The notes under the pieces were generated by a model. It worked only from the letters and a program-made list of their open reading frames with translations. It was not told where the DNA came from and made no database searches. Shown here piece by piece: positions 45,125 to 54,674 of a stretch of DNA of 64,000 bases (position 1 is its first letter; every line of letters starts with the position of its first letter). The translations under genes and the position numbers were made by a program. The stretch lies in the IMG/VR virus record IMGVR_UViG_3300042465_005116, positions 165,288 to 229,287 of that record; one strand, written 5' to 3'. This stretch comes from a virus. Its lineage: Duplodnaviria; Caudoviricetes.

Positions 45125-47601
45125 AATGTTAAATTTAATGTTAAAGAAATTGTTTGTTCATTGTTTGTTTTTATCAAATTTCGGTTTTGTAATTTTTGAT
45201 AATAGATTGATTGTTGGCCAAACAAATCACCTATTGCCAATTTTATTTCACCTTTATTTAATTTATGTAAAAGGGTCACATCCAATACATCTCTACTATT
45301 TTCAAAAATGTCTGGATAACCTTGAAATCCTATTGCTGATATTCTATCGCCTACTCTATTGTAAGTTACGTTAAGTGTGTTTTTGTTTTTGTGGATATTA
45401 ACCCCACCATTTAATACATAATTTGATTGTCCTTGTAATTGTCTTTTAACTCCTTTCACGTTTACTTCCGAATTCATTACCGAAGCGTTTGTATAAAAAT
45501 CAAACCATTCAGTTACCTTTTTACGAAATTCTAATTCAACACCATAAAGATACGCGTTATCAGGGTTTGCGTAAGTTAATAATAAGTTAGATGGAACTGA
45601 CCCATCTGCTACTACTTGTTCAATTGGTTTTATGAAGTTCTTACCAAATAGGGATACTGAAATATTCTCTCCTGCTTTTGGATATAATTCCCATTTCAAA
45701 TCTAAATTATATATGTCAGATTTTTCTAATTTAGGATTACCCAATAATTGTGCATTTCTTACAAAATCATAATAAGCAAAATTAGCAACTTCTCTAAACT
45801 CCGGTCTTGCTAATGTTTTACTTAATGAAAATCTATACTTTATTTTTTCTAAATTGTATGAAAGATTTAGAGATGGTAATACATCTAAATACTCTCTATT
45901 AACTTTAACTTTACTTCCACTAAAATCTGCAGTAGATACACCAAATAAATTATATTCGGTTCTAACACCTGTATTTAATTTCCATAAACCAAATTCTTTA
46001 TCCCACATTACATACCCACTACCTAAATCAAAATCAGCAGTGTATTTGTCTGTATTGTTTGTTATCTCATCTAACATATCAGTTGAAAGATAACGGAATA
46101 TTCTTGCATTAAATCCTCTAATCTTTTTTAAGTAGCCACCACCAATCTTAATATCACCAAATGATTTGTTAATGTTACCACTAAAAGAGTTTTCATCCAT
46201 CACACTCCAAAAACGATATGTATCTCTCCACGCCGTAGTATATGGTTCGTTTACTCCTAATGATTTTGTAATTGGATTAACTCTATAATCAGGTTGTTCT
46301 CTTAAAATTAAATTATACCCTAAATTAAAATCCCATGTTTTAAGTTTACCATCGAATTGAGAATTAACTACAATATTATTTATGTGGTTAGATGAATTAC
46401 TATGAACATTCTGAACATTATCATAGTTCTCACCATTTCTATTCATATAAGAATCATCCGTTTGATAGTTCACTAATGTTTTCCAACTATATCGGTTCTC
46501 ACCTAAATAAGTTAAATTCAATAAACCATTTGCGGAAAATCTTTTTGTATACAATGTATCTCTATAATCGTATGCTAATTCGGTTGAGGATTGGTAATCG
46601 ATTCTATCTATGTAATTTATTCCATATGTGTTTCTAAGGGTTGAACTGAATAGAGCGTTGAATTTGTTTTTCTTTACACCAAATGATAATCCACCATTTA
46701 AGTTTGGGGATGAAGTAAACCCATCTACTATTGGATTACTGAATTGCTTTGTGTATAATCTTTTATCACCATTACTACTAACACGGTATCCGTATGTAGA
46801 TGGGAATGTGGAAGGGAATTCAGTAGCTTGAACTAACTTAAAATCCTTTAAAGTTGAAACTAAACCCCAACCACTTCCCAATGAGATATTAAAAAAGTTA
46901 TCAGAAACTTCTTTTGTTGTAATCTGAACCAATCCACCACTCCAATCACCTGGCTGATTTGCCGATGCTGATTTAGCAACTATAATATTATCAATTAATG
47001 CTGTTGGAATTATATCAAATGAAAATGCTCTCCTATCAGGTTCGGTTGATGGTAGTAGGGTTTTGTTTAAGATAGCTGAATTGTATCTATCCGCCAATCC
47101 TCTTACTAATACAAACTTATCGTTTTGGATTGTTACACCACTTACTCTTTTAAGAGCATCACCAACATTTCTATCAGGTGTTTTTTTAATGAATTCTATG
47201 GATACTCCATCGGATACTACATTACTATTTCGGATTGTTCTAACTACTGCTACATCAGTTACTTTTTGATTTGCTGCTCTAACAACGACTTCTGATAATT
47301 GCTTTGTATCATCCAACAATATAATATCAAATGTAGTATCTGATATTAAGTTTATTTGTGTTGTATAGGTAGTATAACCAACATAAGATGCTTTGATTTT
47401 ATATACACCTAATTTTAGATTGATTTTGTATTCAGCGTTTTCATTAGAAATTGTAGAAAACTTATTACCATTCACATCTTCAAATGTAATATGTGAAAAA
47501 TATATTTTTTCGGTTTTGGATTTTGTTTCTCCACTTAATTGGGAGGTTTGAGAAAACGCTACAAATGGAAATAGTAACAAAATAAAAAAGAAACGGGCCA
47601 T
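45121..47601 (-). CDS. TonB-dependent outer-membrane receptor (Bacteroidota type, with an N-terminal carboxypeptidase-regulatory-like domain)
   Basis: Signal peptide, SYVGY, ALKRVSGVT..VRGL..RYN plug, LARPEFRE, GNPKL, DLKWE. Confidence 0.93.
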   Translation of the reverse strand: MARFFFILLLFPFVAFSQTSQLSGETKSKTEKIYFSHITFEDVNGNKFSTISNENAEYKINLKLGVYKIKASYVGYTTYTTQINLISDTTFDIILLDDTKQLSEVVVRAANQKVTDVAVVRTIRNSNVVSDGVSIEFIKKTPDRNVGDALKRVSGVTIQNDKFVLVRGLADRYNSAILNKTLLPSTEPDRRAFSFDIIPTALIDNIIVAKSASANQPGDWSGGLVQITTKEVSDNFFNISLGSGWGLVSTLKDFKLVQATEFPSTFPSTYGYRVSSNGDKRLYTKQFSNPIVDGFTSSPNLNGGLSFGVKKNKFNALFSSTLRNTYGINYIDRIDYQSSTELAYDYRDTLYTKRFSANGLLNLTYLGENRYSWKTLVNYQTDDSYMNRNGENYDNVQNVHSNSSNHINNIVVNSQFDGKLKTWDFNLGYNLILREQPDYRVNPITKSLGVNEPYTTAWRDTYRFWSVMDENSFSGNINKSFGDIKIGGGYLKKIRGFNARIFRYLSTDMLDEITNNTDKYTADFDLGSGYVMWDKEFGLWKLNTGVRTEYNLFGVSTADFSGSKVKVNREYLDVLPSLNLSYNLEKIKYRFSLSKTLARPEFREVANFAYYDFVRNAQLLGNPKLEKSDIYNLDLKWELYPKAGENISVSLFGKNFIKPIEQVVADGSVPSNLLLTYANPDNAYLYGVELEFRKKVTEWFDFYTNASVMNSEVNVKGVKRQLQGQSNYVLNGGVNIHKNKNTLNVTYNRVGDRISAIGFQGYPDIFENSRDVLDVTLLHKLNKGEIKLAIGDLFGQQSIYYQKLQNRNLIKTNNEQTISLTLNLTL

Positions 47602-47650
47602 AAATTATTTAAGTTAGTTCCTCAATAATTATGCTCTCGCTTCTTTTAAT

Positions 47651-47669
47651 AGGTTAATTCAATATTAAC
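47651..47669 (-). promoter_or_regulatory. possible Pho-box-like direct repeat
   Basis: GTTAATAT-tga-ATTAACCT, 11-nt period, about 50 nt upstream of the TBDR start. Confidence 0.3.
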
Positions 47670-47683
47670 AAATTATTATCATA

Positions 47684-48385
47684 TTACCACTTTCTACAAG
47701 ACCAATAATTTGCTTTTGTTCTTGGCCCCGGTGAATCACAATTCATTCTTGCTCTAAATGATTTTCTAGCAGCAGGATTATCTTTCTTAATTACCATTCC
47801 CTTTTGACCAAAGTTTACTTTAATAACTTTACCTGTCTTAGGATTCTTTACATATACTTTAAACTTCTTAACATCACCTTGCATTGGTTTGCCTAACTTA
47901 ACTTCTCTACCTTTGTATTCTGCTTCATAAACACAATTACAATTTGCTTCTTTTAGTTCGGTTTTATATCCTTTTAAGTAATTTAAGAAATCCTCCTCAT
48001 CATCATCCTCTACATCCAATTCATCGTACTCATCTGAATTATCGTATCCACATTTATGACAAACATATGGTTCTTCACCGCCATCTTCTAAATCCCAATC
48101 CCAACCACATTCTGCACACTCTATTGTATCAGTTTCTACACCTTCTTTAATACTTCTTTTTTGTTGAATTATTTGTTGTATTTGTGAGAATATACTTTGT
48201 ATATCTTTATCTAATTGTTTTTCATCCGCACTCATTGGGGATTCTATATCCATATTAGAATAAAGTTTTTTCTTTTTAGCAATTAAGACATCTACTTTTT
48301 TAATTAACTCATGTCTTACCTTATCTAAATCTTTTATAATATCAGATGCAGTTGCTTCGTTTAATATTTTCTTTAACTTTATCAT
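47684..48385 (-). CDS. phage head-associated-type modular protein
   Basis: ILNEA, IKEG and LKEA junctions; C-terminal KKFKVYV..KVNFG...RKSFRARMNC...YWSCRKW domain. Confidence 0.6.
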   Translation of the reverse strand: MIKLKKILNEATASDIIKDLDKVRHELIKKVDVLIAKKKKLYSNMDIESPMSADEKQLDKDIQSIFSQIQQIIQQKRSIKEGVETDTIECAECGWDWDLEDGGEEPYVCHKCGYDNSDEYDELDVEDDDEEDFLNYLKGYKTELKEANCNCVYEAEYKGREVKLGKPMQGDVKKFKVYVKNPKTGKVIKVNFGQKGMVIKKDNPAARKSFRARMNCDSPGPRTKANYWSCRKW

Positions 48386-48405
48386 ACTATTAAATATTAT
48401 CGATT

Positions 48406-49125
48406 TTATTTTTCGAACACACCCTTTTTAATCATTCTACCTAATATTCTTGCACATGCTATATCCAATGCTTTCTTTGTAGATGTTCCAATGGTTGATT
48501 GGTTGAATTTAACCTCATCCACAGTTGCATCTGAAAGGAGTGATAATTCTCTTGTTGTAACCGCTTCACCCAATCCACTTGCTGCTATAATTTCTCCTGT
48601 CTCTGCATTTGTGAAACGAACTTGTAAACCCAAACGAGTTACTACTTTATTCTTAACACCATTACTTAAATTTACTGTCTCATCTTCGGATACTGAAAAA
48701 TCATACACTTCAATTTCTACAAAATAATGTGCTAATCTAATTTTTCCTCTGCCATCTAACTTATCTTGCGAAATACCAGATTGAGAAGCTTGAAACTGCT
48801 TTACCATGCGGTTCTTAATTTCTGTCTTATCCTCCGTAAACGTAAACCTGTTAAGATTCTCCAAATATTCCATCGTGATATTAGCCACACCCAAACCCAC
48901 TTTCTTTTCTTTGAGTTCAGGATACTGCTCATAAACTTCATCACCAATACCACATTTGAGAATCTGTATTGGGATTTGTTTACCTTCATAATCTAAGAAT
49001 TGACTAATGTCTACTTTTGTTTCGAAACTTGCTTTGTAATTTTCGGTCTTCGTTGTTCCCACAGTTTGGGCAATGGCAACATTGCTTAGTAAAACACCAA
49101 GCAAAAATACTAATAATTGTTTCAT
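48406..49125 (-). CDS. CsgG/HfaB-like secreted protein
   Basis: Signal peptide; GLGVANITMEYL..NRF, LAHYFV..EVYDF, GLQVRFTNAETGEII. Confidence 0.65.
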   Translation of the reverse strand: MKQLLVFLLGVLLSNVAIAQTVGTTKTENYKASFETKVDISQFLDYEGKQIPIQILKCGIGDEVYEQYPELKEKKVGLGVANITMEYLENLNRFTFTEDKTEIKNRMVKQFQASQSGISQDKLDGRGKIRLAHYFVEIEVYDFSVSEDETVNLSNGVKNKVVTRLGLQVRFTNAETGEIIAASGLGEAVTTRELSLLSDATVDEVKFNQSTIGTSTKKALDIACARILGRMIKKGVFEK

Positions 49126-49134
49126 ATATTTTTT

Positions 49135-49878
49135 TTATGGATTCCATTTATTTAATGCACTTATATAATTACTTGTCATATGGTCTTTAACTGTCTGACC
49201 AGTGAAAACTGCTTTAAGGTAATCACCTACTCTTTTCCAATCAACCATCCATTTTTTAACATTACCCTCATCATCAATCCTTAATTCGGTATTAACATGA
49301 TGATATCCAATATTTGGTGCACGAGTAACAACATCTAAATTATGAACTATTCTTAGGGATTCTATCGGTGATTTATCAAAGTTTTGTTTAAATATTTTAT
49401 TTCCAACTCTTGGACTACCAATGGTACAGCATATAATTTTATTTGATTTGTAAATCGAATAAATCTCATATGCAGATAAGGTTGAAACTGCAGCACCCAA
49501 ACTATGACCACACACAATAATATTATCTATTGAATGTTCTTGACCTAAGTTTTTAAGTGCAACATCTAACGCCTGATATGTTTTATCTTTAACTGCTTCC
49601 CACGATGATTTGAATCCAATATGAACTTTTTCACCTTCTTCAATGAAAGGAACTTTATCAATTGATGCATCATTTTGGAAATCCTTTTTAGATGAACTGC
49701 CTCTCCAAACAATATAAATTGATTTATCTTTTGTTGCAACGAATCCCTGAGTATCGGATTTTTTATCCTCAATCCACTTAACTAATTTTAAACCCAATGA
49801 TTTAAAATCGATGTCTTTTTGTTCGGAATAAACTTTTTCAGTTAAACCAACATTGTATAATATTTCTTCTTTTGTCAT
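49135..49878 (-). CDS. class 3 lipase
   Basis: DTQGFV, WRGS, VHIGF, CGHSLGAA, TIGSPRVG, RIVH..D.V; probable start 49878. Confidence 0.9.
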   Translation of the reverse strand: MTKEEILYNVGLTEKVYSEQKDIDFKSLGLKLVKWIEDKKSDTQGFVATKDKSIYIVWRGSSSKKDFQNDASIDKVPFIEEGEKVHIGFKSSWEAVKDKTYQALDVALKNLGQEHSIDNIIVCGHSLGAAVSTLSAYEIYSIYKSNKIICCTIGSPRVGNKIFKQNFDKSPIESLRIVHNLDVVTRAPNIGYHHVNTELRIDDEGNVKKWMVDWKRVGDYLKAVFTGQTVKDHMTSNYISALNKWNP

Positions 49879-49882
49879 AGTA

Positions 49883-50125
49883 TTATTGTCTTGATGGGTA
49901 TACACCTTCCACACACATAATATATTTCATATTCTCATTGGGAGGGGTTAATTTAGGTAGAGCAAATGTCATTGATTGATAATTACCACCATATGTATTA
50001 CCAAGTATTGAATACACCGCTTGATATTGATTTATTGGTAGTAATTGTCCATTACATTCCATATATCCTCGTGGAATAAAGTTTCCACCGAATAATTTAA
50101 TGATTCCTATTAATTCGTCTTCCAT
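49883..50125 (-). CDS. stand-alone phage tail-collar domain protein
   Basis: IGIIKLFGGNFIPRGYMECNGQLLPINQYQAVYSILGNTYGG..FALP. Confidence 0.85.
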   Translation of the reverse strand: MEDELIGIIKLFGGNFIPRGYMECNGQLLPINQYQAVYSILGNTYGGNYQSMTFALPKLTPPNENMKYIMCVEGVYPSRQ

Positions 50126-50128
50126 AGT

Positions 50129-51202
50129 TTATTGTGTATTTGTTTTAGGTTGTTTACTTTTTTTTAAAAATATATCCAAAATTGTTTTAGGACAATATTC
50201 TACAAATAATATTAAACCCTTTCTCAATGTGGGGTTTTTTACTACGTGATTTAAAATTTCTTTAATAACCTCTTTAATAGCGAAATTTTTAGTGTCAAAA
50301 TATGTTCCATCAAAATATCTTGGACTTGTTCCCTCACCATCTGGAGAACCATGATGAGCGTTTATAGAAGTACGCCAATAATCAGCGTGATTTTGCCATT
50401 CAGAAACTGAAACTAATTCAGGTGAATCAAAAAATAAGTTCCACGATAATACATTACCCTTTTGTAGCATATTACCAGTAGCTAAGTTAAAAATATCTAA
50501 AAAATATTGATTGAACTTATCTAGTTTGGCATCGTTTGTAGGAACTATTCCTCCTATTTCTACATTGATATGTCCTGTTGTAAATGCTTCTTCTTTTATA
50601 GCAAATTGTGGATTTTTAAATCTTGAAGATAAACCTTTTCCAAGTTGAAATACAGGTTGTTTAGGATTTCCTGGTAAATGGGTTGAAACACGAATTGCGT
50701 TTTCTTTGTCAATAGGGTATTTATGAGCACTATATTTTAATAATGGCCAAATTGCTTTTAAATGACTACCTTGATGTTCACTTGGTGTTAGCCAAATTTT
50801 TCCCTCAACCATCATATCTGCGGCTATTTCTTTTGTAGTTTCATTTACCCACCCTTTTTGTCCAGTAACTGTTACTTCAACATTGATACAAATTTCATCA
50901 CCAACCCACATCCCCTGCTGAGGACAGATTATTGAATAAATTCTACCTTCATTAGTATATCCTATTCTAGAAATATAAGGAGCAAATTGTACATAACAAC
51001 GTTTTGGGTCTTTTTCCCCATTTAGGGTATTCCAACTAAACATTGGCCATTTAACACCCCATTGTCTTTGTAGTAAATTAATGTTATCCATATTACCCAA
51101 CATAGGTAATGAAGATAAATCCGTAGTAGGATATAACATTTGCTTTTGATTTTCAGATGGAAACCCACCTTGCCAACCTGCAGGGATTTGTTCTTTTGCC
51201 AT
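50129..51202 (-). CDS. conserved hypothetical protein
   Basis: Probable start MAKEQ at 51202; Trp/Pro-rich folded-looking sequence. Confidence 0.6.
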   Translation of the reverse strand: MAKEQIPAGWQGGFPSENQKQMLYPTTDLSSLPMLGNMDNINLLQRQWGVKWPMFSWNTLNGEKDPKRCYVQFAPYISRIGYTNEGRIYSIICPQQGMWVGDEICINVEVTVTGQKGWVNETTKEIAADMMVEGKIWLTPSEHQGSHLKAIWPLLKYSAHKYPIDKENAIRVSTHLPGNPKQPVFQLGKGLSSRFKNPQFAIKEEAFTTGHINVEIGGIVPTNDAKLDKFNQYFLDIFNLATGNMLQKGNVLSWNLFFDSPELVSVSEWQNHADYWRTSINAHHGSPDGEGTSPRYFDGTYFDTKNFAIKEVIKEILNHVVKNPTLRKGLILFVEYCPKTILDIFLKKSKQPKTNTQ

Positions 51203-51230
51203 ATTGTATTTTATTTTTATATAAATATAA

Positions 51231-51257
51231 AAAAAGGGAGAAATCATCTCCCTTTTT
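51231..51257 (-). terminator. rho-independent terminator
   Basis: AAAAAGGGAGA-5nt-TCTCCCTTTTT perfect stem. Confidence 0.75.
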
Positions 51258-51260
51258 AAA

Positions 51261-51515
51261 TTATCCCAATTCTTCTTCTTTTGGTTCTTCTTTTTTATTA
51301 AAGATTTTACCCACTTCAGCGATACCAAAAGCACCTAATGTTATGTACATAAATGAATTGTAAATAAATTCATTTACAAGTAATTCTTTTCCTAAATACC
51401 CAGTTACCAAATCAGTAACTGCAAATGCTGTCATTACAATAAATGATGCAAACCCTACGATTGTTTTCTCATTCAAATCATTTGAATCTTTGAAAATATC
51501 AGTAAATTTAGCCAT
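51261..51515 (-). CDS. holin-like two-TM protein
   Basis: NEKTIVGFASF, two TM segments, charged C-terminus. Confidence 0.55.
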   Translation of the reverse strand: MAKFTDIFKDSNDLNEKTIVGFASFIVMTAFAVTDLVTGYLGKELLVNEFIYNSFMYITLGAFGIAEVGKIFNKKEEPKEEELG

Positions 51516-51562
51516 AGTCTTTTTTCCTTTTTTTTTAATTATGAAACTATGTAACCTTTATT

Positions 51563-52186
51563 TTATCCTACTTGTTCGGCATCTTCATCTCTGATTTTGC
51601 CACATTTTAAACATTCTTCTTCACCATCACCATCTAAATCTCCCCATACGTGCTCACATTGTCTATGTGCAAAGTACATATCGATTTTACCATCTCCATC
51701 AAAATCTATACCATCCATTACACCATCGCCATCTTCATCCACTTCAATACCTGTTCTTGGTTGTGTAGTTGGTACTTGTTCAAACGTATCGTTTACCTTT
51801 TCTATTTTTGAGTTTTCAATAGCGGTTTGAAACGCCTCTGGTATGATTGGTGTGTTGTTTGGCGGAGTTACCGGCATATCAGCAGTGTTACTCATTGCCG
51901 TACCATCTTCCTCATCCATTTTCTGAACCAACATTTTATCTTTATCAGTATCACTAAACCAATAGTCAATGATTTTACCATAAGAACCAATGAACGCTCC
52001 TAATAACAATAATAGAAGTTCTTTCCATTCACCTTCTATTGCTGATTTATTTAATATAGCGAAGAACATTCCTCCTATAATAAACATAAATCCACCCAAT
52101 ACCAATGCGGTGATGTACCATCTTCTGGCCATCATATTACTTAATAAATCTTTAAAACCACTTGGGGGTTGATTATTTTCTGACAT
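51563..52186 (-). CDS. two-TM membrane protein with Dx[DN]xDG calcium-binding motifs
   Basis: DEDGDG, DFDGDG, DLDGDG plus CEH...CLKC. Confidence 0.6.
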   Translation of the reverse strand: MSENNQPPSGFKDLLSNMMARRWYITALVLGGFMFIIGGMFFAILNKSAIEGEWKELLLLLLGAFIGSYGKIIDYWFSDTDKDKMLVQKMDEEDGTAMSNTADMPVTPPNNTPIIPEAFQTAIENSKIEKVNDTFEQVPTTQPRTGIEVDEDGDGVMDGIDFDGDGKIDMYFAHRQCEHVWGDLDGDGEEECLKCGKIRDEDAEQVG

Positions 52187-52209
52187 TTTACTTATTCTCT
52201 TTTTTTAAG

Positions 52210-52371
52210 TTACGGCCTATGTGGCCATTTCCAACCTTTTTTTCTACTTCTTATTACTAAATAACTGCTACCTCCAATAAAAGATGTTAAAAACATCAAT
52301 GGAGAATTAAATACAAACATAGCTATCGTACACAATACAATTACCACTATAAAACCCAATCCTTGTTCCAT
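52210..52371 (-). CDS. small membrane protein (53 aa)
   Basis: Read manually: MEQGLGFIVVIVLCTIAMFVF... Confidence 0.5.
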   Translation of the reverse strand: MEQGLGFIVVIVLCTIAMFVFNSPLMFLTSFIGGSSYLVIRSRKKGWKWPHRP

Positions 52372-52380
52372 TTTAAATGG

Positions 52381-52689
52381 TTACCATTTAGGTGCCTCTT
52401 CTTTAAATTCATCACCTTCTTTTTTCTTTGGTTTTGGTGCCGGTGCTGGTTTAGCACTACCATCTCCACCCTTATTGATGATTATAGTTTTAGTACCGCC
52501 TGATACTTGTTGAGGTGCTGCTTGATTGATGTTGATTACTGGTGCTGCTTGTTGTACCGGTGTTTCATCTTTTTCACCCGTAATAATTTTTGTTACATAT
52601 GCTGCAATACCTAATGATATTGTACTCACAACTGTAATTAGGATACCTTTAAAAGATTTTCCTGTTGATTCCTCTTGTTCTTCTGCCAT
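52381..52689 (-). CDS. single-TM protein with a Pro/Lys-rich tail
   Basis: ORF track; TM at residues 13-33. Confidence 0.6.
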   Translation of the reverse strand: MAEEQEESTGKSFKGILITVVSTISLGIAAYVTKIITGEKDETPVQQAAPVININQAAPQQVSGGTKTIIINKGGDGSAKPAPAPKPKKKEGDEFKEEAPKW

Positions 52690-52704
52690 TGTTAATTCTC
52701 CTAT

Positions 52705-53076
52705 TTATAGTTTGTTAAAATCCGTTATTCCTAATTGTTTACCACTTGCATCGAATAATCCTATTCTATATCCAGATGATGGTAATGCGTTTGTGTATAC
52801 TTTTAAAATATTATCACCTACCTTTACTTCACTTGTAGATTTAGATACTACTCTATTAGCAATATCAAAAATTTTAATAGTTACAGTTTGTGCTACATCA
52901 CTTTTTACATTCATAGCAACTTCCGATGTTACAAATGGTGTTTGTAATTTGATACCAACCGCATTAGCTATTTTTAAATCATCAGTAGCCTGAGGTCTTA
53001 TTGGTTCTATAATATCATCTTTATAACAACCTGTTAATAGTACTGATAATGCAATTATTGAAATTAATTTTTTCAT
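52705..53076 (-). CDS. lipoprotein with an Ig-like (T9SS-CTD/FlgD-like) domain
   Basis: LLTGC lipobox; VTIKIFDIANRVV...LPSSGYRIGL. Confidence 0.6.
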   Translation of the reverse strand: MKKLISIIALSVLLTGCYKDDIIEPIRPQATDDLKIANAVGIKLQTPFVTSEVAMNVKSDVAQTVTIKIFDIANRVVSKSTSEVKVGDNILKVYTNALPSSGYRIGLFDASGKQLGITDFNKL

Positions 53077-53087
53077 GTGGGTTTCCC

Positions 53088-53429
53088 TTATTTGGTTATT
53101 ATTGTTGTTTTACTTATTTCTTTTTTAGTAACATCTTCTAATAACAAATATAAATATTGAGATTGTATTGAATTCGTATAAATCTTCTTTACATTTTCTC
53201 CATTCTGTCCAATAAACCTTTCTCTACTAACTACTTGTCCACTTTCTTTATCAATTAAAGTTAGTGTATATGTTCCAGCTGATGGTAAATCAAAATAAAT
53301 AGATTGTCCGTTTACTACTTTACTTTCACCGACACTAAATATTTTTTCAACAGTTGGAGTTGGGGTTGGTAGTTCTGGTTTAGTACACCCTACCAATAAA
53401 ATCAATGATATCAATATTATCTTTTTCAT
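53088..53429 (-). CDS. lipoprotein with an Ig-like domain
   Basis: LLVGC lipobox; SAGTYTLTLIDKESGQVV. Confidence 0.6.
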   Translation of the reverse strand: MKKIILISLILLVGCTKPELPTPTPTVEKIFSVGESKVVNGQSIYFDLPSAGTYTLTLIDKESGQVVSRERFIGQNGENVKKIYTNSIQSQYLYLLLEDVTKKEISKTTIITK

Positions 53430-54322
53430 TAGAATTGAAAGTTTGTTCCTATCATAAATAGGATTGGGTTACTCTTTTTATATCCAACTGATTCACTTAA
53501 TTTATCCCAAGTTGTGTTATATCTAATATTAGTATTCAATATGAATTTTTTAGTTATTTTCCAATCAATAGATGTACCATAATATAAATCCAAATTGAAA
53601 TCATCAACATATGCTAAATCCGATTCAGTACCATCTTTGAATACTTTATATACATCACTCATTGCGAATATTTGTGGGGAGATGTTTACTCTTTTTGTTT
53701 TCAATGTATATGTGTACATCACCATACCCCTATAACTCAATTCATTTGATGCCGGCATTTGTGGATATATTAAATCTTTAAAATTACCATTCTCATCAAT
53801 TGTATATTTTCCTTCCCACTCGCCTTCGTATGTTCCCCAAAATGATTTTGATGCAATTACACTATATCCAAATGTTCCCCATTTTTTAGTTCTGAATACA
53901 TCGATGAATGATAATGTAATATCTTTTTGGAAATCAAAATCCGTAGAATAGAATGTTTGTATTGTAGTAGTTCTTTTTTCAGTATTTTTACTTAAACCAT
54001 ATCCCACACCATAATAGTTCCATATAGGGTTTATCGATGCTGCAAATGAATGTCCCCATTGCCCATTCATAGATGATTTATGATATCCTAAATTAAGAGT
54101 AGTAGATACTTGCTTTCCGATTACACCTACCGAAAGGTTTGATGATGAAAGTACATCTTTTGAAAAATTAACATAGGATTGTAATATACCCACATCGTTC
54201 CAATCATCACTTTCTCCAAATAATTCTTTTGGTGATAGTTGTAATGTATCAGGTGTTTGTATTTGTGCGTTTGTAACAAAACTTACACAAAGTAAAAATA
54301 ATATGGTTATTAGTTTTTTCAT
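53429..54322 (-). CDS. outer-membrane beta-barrel protein
   Basis: Signal peptide, alternating amphipathic strands, terminal NFQF. Confidence 0.7.
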   Translation of the reverse strand: MKKLITILFLLCVSFVTNAQIQTPDTLQLSPKELFGESDDWNDVGILQSYVNFSKDVLSSSNLSVGVIGKQVSTTLNLGYHKSSMNGQWGHSFAASINPIWNYYGVGYGLSKNTEKRTTTIQTFYSTDFDFQKDITLSFIDVFRTKKWGTFGYSVIASKSFWGTYEGEWEGKYTIDENGNFKDLIYPQMPASNELSYRGMVMYTYTLKTKRVNISPQIFAMSDVYKVFKDGTESDLAYVDDFNLDLYYGTSIDWKITKKFILNTNIRYNTTWDKLSESVGYKKSNPILFMIGTNFQF

Positions 54323-54669
54323 CAGTCCATTATGAAAGTGTCGGTTTCAAATTCATATCTAAACGCTCCATCACCCACAAATGATACCCACCCAACTAAA
54401 ATATTTTTATTTCTATCATAAGTTGGTCCAATCCAAATCCCACCCTTACGAGTGAAATTATTATCTTGGTCTATAATAATAGTAGTTACATCTAGTACCC
54501 TCTGATGTAATTCCTTTAGCCATGCATCTGTAACAACAGGATAATCGTTTCTCATTTCTCGTATTACATCGTGAACTATTTCTTTCCAATCTCTTTGTTC
54601 GATTGGTAAAGTTTTAATATATTCTGGCCAATTAGCAACTCCAATTACCTTAAATGGTGTATCTAACAT
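54322..54669 (-). CDS. hypothetical protein
   Basis: ORF track. Confidence 0.5.
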   Translation of the reverse strand: MLDTPFKVIGVANWPEYIKTLPIEQRDWKEIVHDVIREMRNDYPVVTDAWLKELHQRVLDVTTIIIDQDNNFTRKGGIWIGPTYDRNKNILVGWVSFVGDGAFRYEFETDTFIMD

Positions 54670-54674
54670 AATTT

